From Candidatus Acidiferrales bacterium (GTDB lineage Bacteria > Acidobacteriota > Terriglobia > Acidiferrales > UBA7541): a stretch of DNA of 64,000 nt. The notes below the pieces were generated by a model. It worked only from the letters and a program-made list of their open reading frames with translations, was not told where the DNA came from and did no database searches. The stretch spans positions 145,809-209,808 of the forward strand of contig CAWFNI010000015.1 of the NCBI GenBank assembly GCA_963817085.1. Reading direction: 5' to 3'. A program made the position numbers and the translations under genes. This document shows, piece after piece, positions 9,125 through 19,953 of the stretch; position 1 is the stretch's first letter, and each line of letters opens with the position of its first letter.

Positions 9125-10564
9125 TCAGCGAAGAGATTCCAGATCAGGGCGCGCGGTGAAGGAACACTCTCGTTCAAATTCACGCGCGATCTCGAGCAGC
9201 AGCGGCTCTTCTGTCCAGCCGGCAATCAATTGGAGTCCAACCGGCAATCCGTTCTTTGTAAGCCCGCAGGGTACAGACATCGCCGGCACCCCGGCAAGAT
9301 TTGCGGGCCGATTCAAACGCAGAAGCAATCCGCGCGTCGGATGCGTCGCGCCCTTCAGGGTGACGGCGTCTTCGCCCAGGCGCGGCGCGGTGATCGGAGT
9401 GGTCGGCACGACCAATGCGTCGAGTTCATTCTCGGCCAGCACTCCGCGGAAAGATTCCATGAATTTTTCGCGCGTTTCCAAAGCACGCAAGTAGGCGACT
9501 GCGGTCACCTTCGTTCCCATTTCCAGGCGCGCTCGCACATCCTCGCCATATTCCGCGGCATGCTCGGGGTACCAACCCGCGTTCTGGTGATACAACGTCG
9601 CTTCTGCCCAGGCGATGTGGTTCCCCGCATCTTCGGTTTCCATCAGTTGCGGCAGCGAAACGTCCGTGAAACGCGCACCCCGCTTCTTTAGAATGCCTAT
9701 GGCGGTTTCGAACGCCGCCTCCACCTCGGGGTCCAACACCTCCAGAAAAAACTCCCTGGGAATTCCCAGGCGTGGACGGCGGCCTGGCAAGGAGGAGACC
9801 CGGCCGGGAACAACATCGCCCTCACCCTTTCCCTTGAGGAAAATGGGAGCAAGAATCAGCGCCGCATCCTCCACAGTCCGTGCCAACGGGCCGACGAAAT
9901 CGAGCGTAGGCGATAGCGGAATCACATCTTCCATGTGGACGCGGCCGAGCCCAGGCTTGAGGCCCACAACTCCGCAAAGTGAAGCGGGGATGCGGATCGA
10001 ACCTCCCGTATCTGTTCCGACGCTTCCATAACAGAGGCCTGCCGCGAGCGCCGCGGCCGATCCGCCGCTGGATCCACCGGGAATGCGCTGCAGATCCCAG
10101 GGATTGCGCGTGGGCCCGAAATGGGGATTATCGGTGGTCACGCCGTAGGCAAACTCATGCATGTTCGTCTTGCCGAGAATCACCGCGCCGGCTTTCTTCA
10201 GCGCCGTCACGACCGGCGCGTCCTGCAACGGAACAAACTCGCGCAAGATTTGGGAGCCGCCCGTCGTGCGCACGTCCTTCGTGTAGATGTTGTCCTTCAG
10301 TGAAATGGGGATTCCGTGCAGGGGCCCGCGGTCACGCCGGCTTTTCCCGCGCGCCTTGCTGCCAAGCTCGGACTCCGCGCGCGCGGCCTGCCGCGTCGCC
10401 AATTCTTCACAAACAGTGACGTAGGCGTTGAGAGATGGATTCAGCTTCCGGATGCGATCCAGAAGCAACCCCGTCAGTTCGACCGGGGAAAGCTTGCGCC
10501 GGCGGAAGAGCTTGCCGATTTCCGTAATCGAAGCAAAAGCGATCTGGCTGTTTCCGGCGCTCAA
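9125..10564 (-). CDS. Amidase signature family protein (GatA/AtzE-like)
   Basis: [47 protein letters not shown]; likely TTG start at 10564 behind AGGAG, overlapping the lptD stop. Confidence 0.92.
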   Translation of the reverse strand: MSAGNSQIAFASITEIGKLFRRRKLSPVELTGLLLDRIRKLNPSLNAYVTVCEELATRQAARAESELGSKARGKSRRDRGPLHGIPISLKDNIYTKDVRTTGGSQILREFVPLQDAPVVTALKKAGAVILGKTNMHEFAYGVTTDNPHFGPTRNPWDLQRIPGGSSGGSAAALAAGLCYGSVGTDTGGSIRIPASLCGVVGLKPGLGRVHMEDVIPLSPTLDFVGPLARTVEDAALILAPIFLKGKGEGDVVPGRVSSLPGRRPRLGIPREFFLEVLDPEVEAAFETAIGILKKRGARFTDVSLPQLMETEDAGNHIAWAEATLYHQNAGWYPEHAAEYGEDVRARLEMGTKVTAVAYLRALETREKFMESFRGVLAENELDALVVPTTPITAPRLGEDAVTLKGATHPTRGLLLRLNRPANLAGVPAMSVPCGLTKNGLPVGLQLIAGWTEEPLLLEIAREFERECSFTARPDLESLR

Positions 10565-12846
10565 AAGATCTTCTCCTGGCGCCGCAAATTTCCAAAGGTC
10601 CCGATATTGGCGAGAATCAGCGCGACGCGAAACTGATTTTCCGAACGCACGGTGGCCAGGTTGAACCGGCCGTATTCGACGGAGAGCCCGCAGCACCCGC
10701 CGTTGTAACTCACTTGGACAAACTGATTCAGCAGAGTGTTGGAGAGAATGTCGTAACTGAGTCCGGCGGACATGTTGAGGCCCTTACGGGCAAGATCGCC
10801 GTAGCCGATGATGCCGCGGATCTGGTGCGAAGGCGGCTGGACGATGGGATCACCCTGCAACCGGAAATCGGCGACCGTGGCGAAGAACTCGCTGTAGGGT
10901 TTGACCCTCAGCAGCGTGCCGATGGTAGTCACCTTCTTAAGTTGCGGGTCGTATTCGAGGATGGACTCGGCGTCATACGGCCCGCCGGGCGTAAGCTTCA
11001 CGTCGCTGACAATGGGCGACCAGTTGCGTGCCGTCGCGGCAAAGGCGAACGGGGTCAGGGAATCGAGTGCCTGGAAAACGTTCCTCTGGCCGGGAACGAG
11101 CGCTCCACCGAAGGTTGAATCAAAATAATGCTTCTGCACCAGCCTCCAGGAAAGAAAATCCACGGGCTGCTCATCGCCACGCTTCACGTAGAGGTGCTGG
11201 TTGATTCCATACTCGATCTCGTTGGTATCGGTCAGCGTGGCATTGCTGTCAAAGCGGATGAAATCGGCGAAATCGTTCACCCCCGTGACGTAGAGATATG
11301 TCAGGAAGGGTTCCACGGTGTGCTTGTAGCGATGCCGCGTGGCGGGACGGTCAAAGAACCGTTCGAGGGTCGGTGGGCGAAGTTCCACGTCGAATTCTCC
11401 CGTGTTTCGGGTGATCGATTGCCCGGAAACATTCCCGCCCGCGTCGAAGGAATCCCCATAATACGCGGTGCGAAACATGGCGGAGGTGGTCACGCCAAGC
11501 CAATTCCTGAAATGGAGAGGAATCGTCACTTTAGGGGCAAACTCCGTACGCTCCACAAAATTCGGCGTGCTGATAAATTCGTCGTCGCGATGGACCGCCC
11601 CCGCGAACGACGAGAAAGAGAAATAGACCGGCAGGTTGCGCCAGGGCGCCTGTTCCACGGAGTCAATACTCACCTCCGGAGCATTGCGCAGCACGACGCT
11701 GTTCGGCGGGCTCAGTTCCAGGAAGTTGCGATCGTTCAAGCTCGCTACATTCAGGCTGAAGCCGCGAAAATTGTTGGTCAGAAACACGGAGCTTCGAATT
11801 TCCGAATTGATGGCTTCGCCGTATGTTCCGGCAAACGCAAGTCGAAAGGTCAGGGAAGAGAGTTGGTTCAGATCGGTGACGAAGCGCCAGTTGTGCTTCC
11901 ACAGCGACTCGATTTCCAGTTGCTGCTCGTAGCCACCCTGCTTTTCGATAGTGCCAGGCACGGCTCCGGCAATGCCGCGGTCCTCCACGCCATAATAGTT
12001 GTATTGGATGGACGTATTTTCGAACGGGCGAGCCCGGAAAGTGGCGCGCTGGCCTGGACCTCGCCGGCTGAAGTACTCAAATCCGATGGTGGCATCCATC
12101 CAGCTTTTTGGGGCCCAGTAAAATGCATCCCCGGCCACGAATCCCTTGCTGTTGCTGTTGCCCAGAATCGGAACCAGAAAACCCGATTGGCGCAGATGCT
12201 CCCCCGCTGGAGTTGTGATATACGGCATCCAAAAGAGCGGCACCCGGTACAGCCGGAAATTGGAGTTGACCAGCGCCACCGACTTTTCCACCGTCACCCT
12301 TGCTTCCGGCGCATAAAACTGCCACGTCGGTCTTCGGGGATCGCACACCGTGAACCACGCGTGGCGCACCACGTAGCGGTCCGCTGAAAGGCGCTGCACT
12401 TCCTTGGCCTCGAAGTACAGCGGATTTTCCGTCACCAGCAGGAGTGGATTAGGACGCCGGTCCACGCGGATCATTCCCCGGACATTGCGAAAACTGCCCT
12501 TCCCGGAGGCCACATTCAACTCCGCTTCATCCCCTTCCAGATGCTGGTTCTCATAGTCAAACTGAACGTGACCACGGACTATGGCCTGCGAAGTCTCCGA
12601 GTTGTACTCCACATGGTCGGCTTGCAGGTGCATTCCCTGATAGTGGATGTCCACATCTTTGTCGGCGATGTAAACGTTTCCTTCGCGGCGCTGCGGGCCA
12701 GCGGCCGTAATCTCCGCGATTCCGCCCCCTGGCGGCAAGGAAGGTGCCTGTTGTGCGGCACCGGACTGTCCGAAGAAGCCCAGCAGGAGCGAAAGCAACA
12801 GCGGCCAGCTTGGGCCACACCTGGAAATGGCAAGAGTTTTATTCAC
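10561..12846 (-). CDS. lptD: LPS-assembly outer-membrane protein LptD
   Basis: Signal peptide, OstA-like N-terminus (LQADHVEYN), FTVC..P.W, RQSGFLVP, C-terminal beta-barrel with YNGGCCG; start estimated (GTG 12846). Confidence 0.85.
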   Translation of the reverse strand: MNKTLAISRCGPSWPLLLSLLLGFFGQSGAAQQAPSLPPGGGIAEITAAGPQRREGNVYIADKDVDIHYQGMHLQADHVEYNSETSQAIVRGHVQFDYENQHLEGDEAELNVASGKGSFRNVRGMIRVDRRPNPLLLVTENPLYFEAKEVQRLSADRYVVRHAWFTVCDPRRPTWQFYAPEARVTVEKSVALVNSNFRLYRVPLFWMPYITTPAGEHLRQSGFLVPILGNSNSKGFVAGDAFYWAPKSWMDATIGFEYFSRRGPGQRATFRARPFENTSIQYNYYGVEDRGIAGAVPGTIEKQGGYEQQLEIESLWKHNWRFVTDLNQLSSLTFRLAFAGTYGEAINSEIRSSVFLTNNFRGFSLNVASLNDRNFLELSPPNSVVLRNAPEVSIDSVEQAPWRNLPVYFSFSSFAGAVHRDDEFISTPNFVERTEFAPKVTIPLHFRNWLGVTTSAMFRTAYYGDSFDAGGNVSGQSITRNTGEFDVELRPPTLERFFDRPATRHRYKHTVEPFLTYLYVTGVNDFADFIRFDSNATLTDTNEIEYGINQHLYVKRGDEQPVDFLSWRLVQKHYFDSTFGGALVPGQRNVFQALDSLTPFAFAATARNWSPIVSDVKLTPGGPYDAESILEYDPQLKKVTTIGTLLRVKPYSEFFATVADFRLQGDPIVQPPSHQIRGIIGYGDLARKGLNMSAGLSYDILSNTLLNQFVQVSYNGGCCGLSVEYGRFNLATVRSENQFRVALILANIGTFGNLRRQEKIF

Positions 12847-12958
12847 GCTGTCGATGCGCTCGGATAAATGAAGAGTTAGCCTAGCATGCGTACAGGAGGA
12901 TTTGTAGCCACCGGCGTTCCTCCAAATAGTAGATGCCAGAATCGCGCCGCAGGCCGGG

Positions 12959-13909
12959 CTATTTCTCGGCGTGTTTGGTGTGGTGAAGGCGGTACCACTC
13001 AAAGGTAAGTTCCAGGCCTTCTTCGAAGCGCACCGTGGGCTCGTAGCCAAGAACTTCCTGCGCTCTCGAGATATCTGCCTGCGAGTCCCGGATGTCGCCC
13101 TCGCGAGGTGGTTCGTATTTGGCTTCCAGATTCTTCCCGGAAATCCGGCGGAGATGCTCCAAAGTCTGGTTCAGGGAGATGCGACCGCCCGTCCCGATAT
13201 TAAAGACGCCGCCCGAGGCACCCGGAGAATCGCAAGCCAGCAGATTGGCCTGCACGGCATTATCGACATAGGTGAAGTCTCGCGTCTGTTCACCGTCGCC
13301 ATAAACAATCGGGCGCTCCTCGTCCAGAAACGCCGCGGCAAAACGGGACAATACCCCCGAATAGGGCGAATCAGGATCCTGGCGTGGTCCAAAAATATTG
13401 AAATACCGCACCGACACATTTTCCAGCCCGTAGCAACGCCCAAAAGTCTGCGCATACAGCTCGCCCACGTATTTCGACACGCCGTAGGGGGAAATCGGTT
13501 GCGGCTGCATGGTCTCAATCTTGGGCAGAGTGGGAGTTTCGCCGTAGGCCGATGAAGAAGCGGCAAACACAATCCGATTCACCTTGTTGTCCCGCGCGGC
13601 AACCAGCACGTTCAAGGTTCCTTCGACGTTTATGCGATTGGTCTCCAGCGGATCTTTCACCGAGCGCGGCACGGAGGTGCGGGCCGCAAGGTGAATCACA
13701 AACTCCGCCTGGTGCATGGCCTTTTGCACCGCCTCCAGATCCGTGACCGAACCTTTCACAAAAGTGATCTTGTTGCGCACTTCGGCAAGATTTTCTTCTT
13801 TGCCGGACGAAAGATCGTCCAGGACCACGACGCCGTGACCCCTTCGCACCAATTCGTCCACTGTGTTGGAGCCGATGAATCCGGCGCCTCCCGTGACCAG
13901 ATAGCGCAT
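12959..13909 (-). CDS. NAD-dependent nucleotide-sugar epimerase (WbpP/GalE-like)
   Basis: LVTGGAGFIGS, ASSSAYG, SPYGVSK (YxxxK), RYFNIFGPRQDP, GDGEQTRDF. Confidence 0.93.
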   Translation of the reverse strand: MRYLVTGGAGFIGSNTVDELVRRGHGVVVLDDLSSGKEENLAEVRNKITFVKGSVTDLEAVQKAMHQAEFVIHLAARTSVPRSVKDPLETNRINVEGTLNVLVAARDNKVNRIVFAASSSAYGETPTLPKIETMQPQPISPYGVSKYVGELYAQTFGRCYGLENVSVRYFNIFGPRQDPDSPYSGVLSRFAAAFLDEERPIVYGDGEQTRDFTYVDNAVQANLLACDSPGASGGVFNIGTGGRISLNQTLEHLRRISGKNLEAKYEPPREGDIRDSQADISRAQEVLGYEPTVRFEEGLELTFEWYRLHHTKHAEK

Positions 13910-14000
13910 TCCCGCGGCCTCCTGTGATCCTGTCCGTCTTATTGTACGATGGGACTTGAGACCCTGGCGCCCTGATTCTCCCAACCGTCTCGGAATGGGC

Positions 14001-14900
14001 ATGAGCAAAAAACTTACCTGGCTGCTGTTGATCTGTCTCCTCCTGCTGGCTGCAGGAGTGTTCTTCAACTGGAAGTCTTCGCGCCACGTTCCCGGCGAAA
14101 CGAAGGTCGTCAGCAATTGGCCTATGCCTGCTCCCGTCGAACCCTCATCCTCACCCAATAAGTCCGCTCCTCCTCCCGCGGGAACCTCGGCGGGCGAGCC
14201 AGGGATCCGCAAAACGACTCCTGCGGCGCCGCCGGCCTTCGCCCTGCGCGTGGGAGAAACGCTCGACTACAACGCCAACGTGGCAAAGCTCAACAGCACG
14301 GTGGCGAAGCTGAAAATTTTCGCCGTCGAAAAACGGAATTTCGGCACTAAAGGCTCGTGGCACCTGCAGGCCTTTGCGCACACGGAAAATCCCTATCGCA
14401 TGGTGTTTGAGCTAGATGACCAGTTCGATTCCTACAGCGACGCCGAAAGCATGACCAGCTTGCAGTACGAAATGCACTTGAGCGAACGCGGGCAGAAAGT
14501 CGAGAGTGTACAGCGGATGTTACCTTCGCTGCGCGATCCTGCGCCGGATGGCGCCAGCGCGGCGCGTGTGTTGCCGGGAACGCGGGACCCCCTGGGCATG
14601 CTCGAATACTTGCGAAGTGTGGACTGGAGCCGGACAACGGAGGTACGTAGTCCCGTCTATGACGGTCACAAGCTCTATGAAGCGCGTGCCGTCCTCGTCG
14701 GGAAATCAGCGGCGGTCAGCGTCCCCGCGGGCAACTTCAACACCATGAAAGTCGAAATTCACGTGATGGACAATGGAACGGAAATGAAGGATGCCCATTT
14801 TTTCCTGTATCTCACCTCTGACAGCGCGCGGCTACCCGTGCTGATGGAAGCGGTGTTGCCCGTGGCGACGGCCCGCGTCGAACTCACCAAAGCGAGATAG
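14001..14900 (+). CDS. Secreted or anchored protein, DUF3108-like
   Basis: N-terminal TM, Pro-rich linker, GETLDY...DPLGML...VSVPAGNF...RLPV pattern. Confidence 0.65.
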   Translation: MSKKLTWLLLICLLLLAAGVFFNWKSSRHVPGETKVVSNWPMPAPVEPSSSPNKSAPPPAGTSAGEPGIRKTTPAAPPAFALRVGETLDYNANVAKLNSTVAKLKIFAVEKRNFGTKGSWHLQAFAHTENPYRMVFELDDQFDSYSDAESMTSLQYEMHLSERGQKVESVQRMLPSLRDPAPDGASAARVLPGTRDPLGMLEYLRSVDWSRTTEVRSPVYDGHKLYEARAVLVGKSAAVSVPAGNFNTMKVEIHVMDNGTEMKDAHFFLYLTSDSARLPVLMEAVLPVATARVELTKAR

Positions 14901-14915
14901 GGCCCGCGGATCCGG

Positions 14916-16271
14916 CTAACAGAGGACTATCTTTTCGCGATGCCGGATGACCCGGCGGGTGGCGTTCCGCGTATCCACCACGAGCTTCGCGCCATCCACG
15001 ATGGCCACGTAGTCGTAACTGGAATGATCCGTGGCGATGATCACCGCGTCGTACTTGCCCAGATTTTCAGCGCTCAACGGCACGGACTTCATTTGCGAGA
15101 AATCGTAATGCCGCATCTTGTGAAGATGCGGGAAGTACGGGTCGTTGTACTCGAACTCTGCCCCGCGCTTCTGCAGGATTTCCATGATCTTCAGTGTCGG
15201 CGATTCGCGCAGATCGTCGACATCCTTCTTATAAGCGACGCCGAGCACCAGCAACTTTGCTCCCTTCAAGCTTTTTTTGTGCTGGCTCAGCGCCTCAGCC
15301 ACCGAATCCACCACGTGGTACGGCATGGAGGTATTGATTTCCCCCGCGAGCTCGATGAACCGCGTGGAAAAGTCGTATTCCCGCGCCTTCCACGAAAGAT
15401 AGAAAGGATCCACGGGAATGCAATGCCCGCCCAGGCCCGGGCCCGGGTAGAAGGGCATAAAGCCGAACGGTTTCGACGCCGCCGCTTCGATCACTTCCCA
15501 CACGTCCACCCCCATGCGCATGCACAAGAGTTTCAATTCATTCACCAGGGCGATGTTCACGCAGCGGAATATATTCTCAAGCAGCTTGGCCATCTCCGCC
15601 GCCCGTGTCGAACTCACCGGAATCACTCGCGCCACCACTTGCGCATACAACGCCTGCGCCGCGCGCCCGCTTGGGGGATTCACGCCGCCCACCACCTTCG
15701 GAATCTGCGCCAGCCCATACTGTTTGTTGCCCGGGTCTTCCCGCTCCGGCGAAAATGCCAGAAAGAAATCGCCGGGCACATTTTCATTTTCCGGCCCGGA
15801 CGCAATCGGGCAGCGCAGCCCGCTCTTCTGGAGGATGGGCAGCACCAGCTCTTCGGTTGTGCCCGGGTAGGTGGTCGATTCGAGTACCACCAGCTGCCCC
15901 TTTTGCAGGTGAGGCTGGATGGATTTTGCGGTTTCTTCCACGTAGCTCAGATCCGGCTCGCGGTATTCGTCCAGCGGGGTGGGCACGCAAATCAGAATGG
16001 CGTCTGGTTCGTTGAGTCTCGAAAAATCGTTGGTGGCGCTGAAATGACGGCTGTTCACGTACTGCTGAATCTTTGCCTGCTGGATGTGTTCGATGTACGA
16101 TTTTCCCGCGTTCAGCATCTGAACTTTCTTGGGGTCAGTGTCGAAACCCGTCACCTTATGACCTGCCTCCGCAAAACGGAGCGCCAGCGGAAGCCCGACA
16201 TATCCACATCCGATGATCCCGACTCTGAGTTGTGCGCCTTTGAAGAATTCTGGTTTTCTGTCCGTTGCCAT
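14916..16271 (-). CDS. UDP-N-acetylhexosamine 6-dehydrogenase (WbpA/WecC family)
   Basis: GCGYVGLPLA, CVPTP, ESTTYPGTT, FSPEREDPGN, GPGLGGHCIPVDP, GVAYKKDVDDLRESP. Confidence 0.93.
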   Translation of the reverse strand: MATDRKPEFFKGAQLRVGIIGCGYVGLPLALRFAEAGHKVTGFDTDPKKVQMLNAGKSYIEHIQQAKIQQYVNSRHFSATNDFSRLNEPDAILICVPTPLDEYREPDLSYVEETAKSIQPHLQKGQLVVLESTTYPGTTEELVLPILQKSGLRCPIASGPENENVPGDFFLAFSPEREDPGNKQYGLAQIPKVVGGVNPPSGRAAQALYAQVVARVIPVSSTRAAEMAKLLENIFRCVNIALVNELKLLCMRMGVDVWEVIEAAASKPFGFMPFYPGPGLGGHCIPVDPFYLSWKAREYDFSTRFIELAGEINTSMPYHVVDSVAEALSQHKKSLKGAKLLVLGVAYKKDVDDLRESPTLKIMEILQKRGAEFEYNDPYFPHLHKMRHYDFSQMKSVPLSAENLGKYDAVIIATDHSSYDYVAIVDGAKLVVDTRNATRRVIRHREKIVLC

Positions 16272-16518
16272 GACGTGGAAATTGCTCCTCAATCCTTCCT
16301 GGTGGGAAGTAACATTGGCCCTGAAGCGAAAGGGGCAAACGATATCTTCACTATAGCAGTTTCGGTGGCGGGCACCGAAGGAAGCCCGATAATGTGCCCA
16401 GATTTTACCTGACCGCTCAGTTCGCTGTTAGAATTCTTTGCCGATCCCGGTTTCCCAAGGCACGAGGGAGAATGCCTTTGGCTGGCTGCGCACCCTTCCT
16501 CGGGCGGAAACTTTCTTC

Positions 16519-17298
16519 ATGACCATACTTACGATACTGGCCCTTGGCCTGACGGTTGGCGTACTCGTCGGTCTGCTTGGCATCGGCGGAGGAGTCGTCC
16601 TCGTGCCTGCTCTGGTCTACCTCTTGCACTACGACCAACACCTTGCTCAAGGCACCTCGCTGTTCATTCTGCTCCCCCCGATTGGCCTCGGCGCCTTGCG
16701 CGAATACTGGAAACAAGGTCAAGTCGATCTCCGCGCAGGCATCTATTGTGCTGTCGGCTTCCTGCTGGGTGGCTATGTCGGCGGGCGGATCGCCGTGCCT
16801 TTGCCTTCACGGGACCTGCAAGGAATTTTTGGCTTCTTCCTGATTCTTTCCGCCATTCTGCTTTGGAGAAAAACGCAAGCATCATCCAAGCCGGTTGATT
16901 CAGCTGCCACGGTCGGTACCAGCAGCCTCCTACGAACCTTGGGCATCCTCGCGACTGCGGGGTTTTGCGGCGTGGCGGCAGGCATGGTCGGCATTGGTGG
17001 AGGCGTTTTACTGGTGCCTCTGCTCGGCCTGCTCTTCGGTTTCAGCCAGCATCGCGCGCAAGGTACCAGCTTGGTTGCCCTGATTCCTCCCACGGGGCTT
17101 CTCGCCTTCCTGGCCTACGCGCAAGCGGGATATGTCTCGTGGACGACGGGAATGCTGTTGATTCCCGGCGTCTTTCTGGGCGGCATCCTGGGAGGGCAAG
17201 CAGCGCGCCGCCTGCAGCCGCGACGCATGCGCCAGGTTTTCGCCGCTCTCATGTTCCTCCTGGGCGCCTGGCAGGTCTTTTCCGCCTGGCGTCGATAA
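16519..17298 (+). CDS. TauE/SafE (TSUP) family exporter
   Basis: Two internal repeats GLLGIGGGVVLVP...QHLAQGTSL and GMVGIGGGVLLVP...QHRAQGTSL. Confidence 0.88.
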   Translation: MTILTILALGLTVGVLVGLLGIGGGVVLVPALVYLLHYDQHLAQGTSLFILLPPIGLGALREYWKQGQVDLRAGIYCAVGFLLGGYVGGRIAVPLPSRDLQGIFGFFLILSAILLWRKTQASSKPVDSAATVGTSSLLRTLGILATAGFCGVAAGMVGIGGGVLLVPLLGLLFGFSQHRAQGTSLVALIPPTGLLAFLAYAQAGYVSWTTGMLLIPGVFLGGILGGQAARRLQPRRMRQVFAALMFLLGAWQVFSAWRR

Positions 17299-17315
17299 AG
17301 CATACTTGGAGCGGT

Positions 17316-18086
17316 ATGGTCGATCTGCACTGTCACATATTGCCGGGGCTCGATGACGGCCCCGAAACGATGGAAGACTCGCTCGCCATGGCCGAAGATG
17401 CGATTGCCGATGGCATCACTCACGTTGTCGCCACCCCGCACGCCAGCTCCGCGTATTGGTTTGATTACGCGAAGGTGTCCGCCGCCGTCGAGCAGCTGAA
17501 AGCAAATCTCGGCGGCCGCCTGACCCTGGCGACTGGATGTGATTTTCACTTGAATCCCGAAAACTTGATCGCCATCCGGAAAGATCCCCGGCCATTCTGC
17601 ATCAATCAGGAAGATTATCTGCTGGTGGAGTTCAATGAATTTTCTATTCCACCGTCCGTCGATCAGACGCTGCACGAGTTGCAGCTGGCCGGCATCCGCC
17701 CCATCATCACGCATCCGGAACGAAATGCTATCCTCCGCACCCATTCCGCACGCCTGCGCAAATGGATCGGACTGGGATGCCATGTGCAGATTACCGCCGG
17801 CTCCCTCAGCGGAGTTTTTGGCGCTGGTCCGCGGCAACAGGCCTGGAACTGGCTCGCCAGCGGCATGGTGCATTTCCTCTCGAGCGATGCGCACAACTCC
17901 GGGAGGCGCCCGCTGAAGTTGAAATTTGCCTATGAAGCCGTTGCCGGGCAGCTCGGCGAGGAGATGGCGCGCGCGCTTCTCGTCGAGAACCCCCTGGCCG
18001 CGTTTGAAGGACGCCCTCTGCCGTTTGTGCCGGAAATCACCTCTGCGCCGGAACCGCGGAAACGCAAGCGTTTTTTCTTCTTCTGA
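17316..18086 (+). CDS. PHP-family protein-tyrosine phosphatase (CpsB/CapC/YwqE)
   Basis: MVDLHCHILPGLDDG, VATPH, ITHPERN, SSDAH; basic-aromatic C-terminal tail. Confidence 0.92.
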   Translation: MVDLHCHILPGLDDGPETMEDSLAMAEDAIADGITHVVATPHASSAYWFDYAKVSAAVEQLKANLGGRLTLATGCDFHLNPENLIAIRKDPRPFCINQEDYLLVEFNEFSIPPSVDQTLHELQLAGIRPIITHPERNAILRTHSARLRKWIGLGCHVQITAGSLSGVFGAGPRQQAWNWLASGMVHFLSSDAHNSGRRPLKLKFAYEAVAGQLGEEMARALLVENPLAAFEGRPLPFVPEITSAPEPRKRKRFFFF

Positions 18087-18102
18087 AGCGCCCGCCGGGG
18101 CA

Positions 18103-18768
18103 TCACGCGGTTGGCTGCAATGGCAGGCCTGCCCAGGCATTCAACAGGCCAAGAAGCTCGCGCACCACATCCAGCGCGTCACTTGTGTCTTTCCACCAGT
18201 GCGCGGGATCAAACGAATCTTCGGAATCGCCGCGAATGATCGCTGTGCCATCCTGTGCCGCCAGGCGATTCCAAAGCGCTCTGACGCGGCGTGTGTGCGC
18301 TTTCGAGGTCACAATGATCACGTTGCGCTGATTTTCTTTCCTTACGGCCTCGCCGATGGTTTTCATTTCGTCTGCCGTATTGACGATCGGCGGTTCCAGG
18401 ACCTGAATCGCGCTCTCCGGAACGCCTTCTTTCACTAGAATCTGTTTGTCGTACATCTCCTCGCCTATGTAAGGAATGGAGAGTTTTTCCAGTGTCTTGC
18501 CGGGTTCCGTCGAGTGCGTCAGCCAGACACGCGGGGCATAGCCCTGTTTGTAAACGCGAGCTGCTTCGAGCGCGCGGCTCGGGATCCGCCCGCTCAATAC
18601 CGCAATGGCGGAGGCCTTCTGCAGCGGGTCTTCGACCACCAACCATCGCCCCACGTTCAGGAAAGCAAACCAACCAGCCAGGATCAGCGCGCCAAGCAGC
18701 GGCACCCAAAGGGGCGGCCGGCGTTCGGGTTTCGTGGGGAGAATGCTGGCCAGAAGAATTCCGTGCAT
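18103..18768 (-). CDS. YdcF/DUF218 (ElyC/SanA-like) envelope protein
   Basis: N-terminal TM, AIAVLSG, GVPESAI, NTADE, IIVTSKAHTRR, RELLG. Confidence 0.85.
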   Translation of the reverse strand: MHGILLASILPTKPERRPPLWVPLLGALILAGWFAFLNVGRWLVVEDPLQKASAIAVLSGRIPSRALEAARVYKQGYAPRVWLTHSTEPGKTLEKLSIPYIGEEMYDKQILVKEGVPESAIQVLEPPIVNTADEMKTIGEAVRKENQRNVIIVTSKAHTRRVRALWNRLAAQDGTAIIRGDSEDSFDPAHWWKDTSDALDVVRELLGLLNAWAGLPLQPTA

Positions 18769-18897
18769 GCCCGCGCATGGTAACTCGCGATCTGACTCGC
18801 GTCAAACGCGGCGTAACTTTCTTCGGAAACCGGATTGCGTTAGGAGACCCGCTCCCATCACGATAGACTAGGGTGTTTTGGAGTACCGGGAGGTTGT

Positions 18898-19848
18898 ATG
18901 AGAGCGGTGGTCACGGGCGGAGCGGGCTTTCTAGGGTCGCATCTTTGCGACCGCCTGCTGGCGGAAGGCTGGGAAGTTCTCGCTCTTGACAATCTGATCA
19001 CGGGTGACGAAGCAAATCTGGCCCATTTGAAAAGCAATTCGAAATTTCGTTTCGAGCGCACGGATGTCAATGAACCGTTTCTTGTCGAAGGGAACATTGC
19101 GTACGTCTTCCATTTCGCTTCCCCGGCCAGCCCGCCCGATTACCTGAAATTTCCCATCGAAACCCTGAAGGCCGGCTCCATTGCCACCATGCATACTCTG
19201 GACCTCGCCAGGGCAAAAGGCGCGAAGTTCCTGCTGGCGTCCACCAGCGAATGTTACGGGGACCCCGACGTTTCCCCGCAAAGGGAATCCTACTGGGGGC
19301 ACGTCAATCCGGTGGGGCCGCGCAGCGTCTACGATGAAGCAAAGCGCTTCGCCGAAGCTGTCACCATGGCTTATCACCGCTACCATGGCCTCGATACGCA
19401 TATTGTCCGGATTTTCAACACCTACGGCCCGCGCATGCGCCTGAACGACGGGCGCGCTCTTCCCAATTTCGTTTTCCAGGCGCTCGCCGGCCAGCCCATC
19501 ACCGTCTACGGCGACGGCAAGCAGACCCGCAGCTTCTGTTTTGTCTCCGACCTGATCGATGGGATCTACAAACTCAGCCAATCCGATGAGCATTGGCCCA
19601 CAAACATCGGCAACCCCACGGAACTGACCATTTACGAATTTGCCGTGCGCATTTCCACTTACTTTCCTGATGCGCCCAAGATTATTTTTGAGCCGCTCCC
19701 GGTGGACGATCCCAAGCAGCGCTGCCCGGATATCTCCAAAGCAAAACGCCTGCTCGGTTGGGAACCGAAAGTAAGCCTGGAGGAAGGCCTGAAGACCACT
19801 ATCGCTTTTTTCAAGGACCAATACGCAAAGGCTTCATCCGCCCGCTAA
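18898..19848 (+). CDS. UDP-glucuronic acid decarboxylase (UDP-xylose synthase) family
   Basis: [55 protein letters not shown]. Confidence 0.93.
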   Translation: MRAVVTGGAGFLGSHLCDRLLAEGWEVLALDNLITGDEANLAHLKSNSKFRFERTDVNEPFLVEGNIAYVFHFASPASPPDYLKFPIETLKAGSIATMHTLDLARAKGAKFLLASTSECYGDPDVSPQRESYWGHVNPVGPRSVYDEAKRFAEAVTMAYHRYHGLDTHIVRIFNTYGPRMRLNDGRALPNFVFQALAGQPITVYGDGKQTRSFCFVSDLIDGIYKLSQSDEHWPTNIGNPTELTIYEFAVRISTYFPDAPKIIFEPLPVDDPKQRCPDISKAKRLLGWEPKVSLEEGLKTTIAFFKDQYAKASSAR

Positions 19849-19953
19849 CACGTTTTCTTGCCAGATGCTGGCTGATGAAAAGGTCCCGTGAGGGGGTGCG
19901 GCACTCGGCTATTCCGAAGTCCGCACAATTCGTTCCCTAAGCGGGCGCGCGGC

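Noticed and set aside
9125-10564. Calling the amidase gatA
   Set aside because: No gatB or gatC nearby, and the sequence has generic amidase features (HEFAYG)
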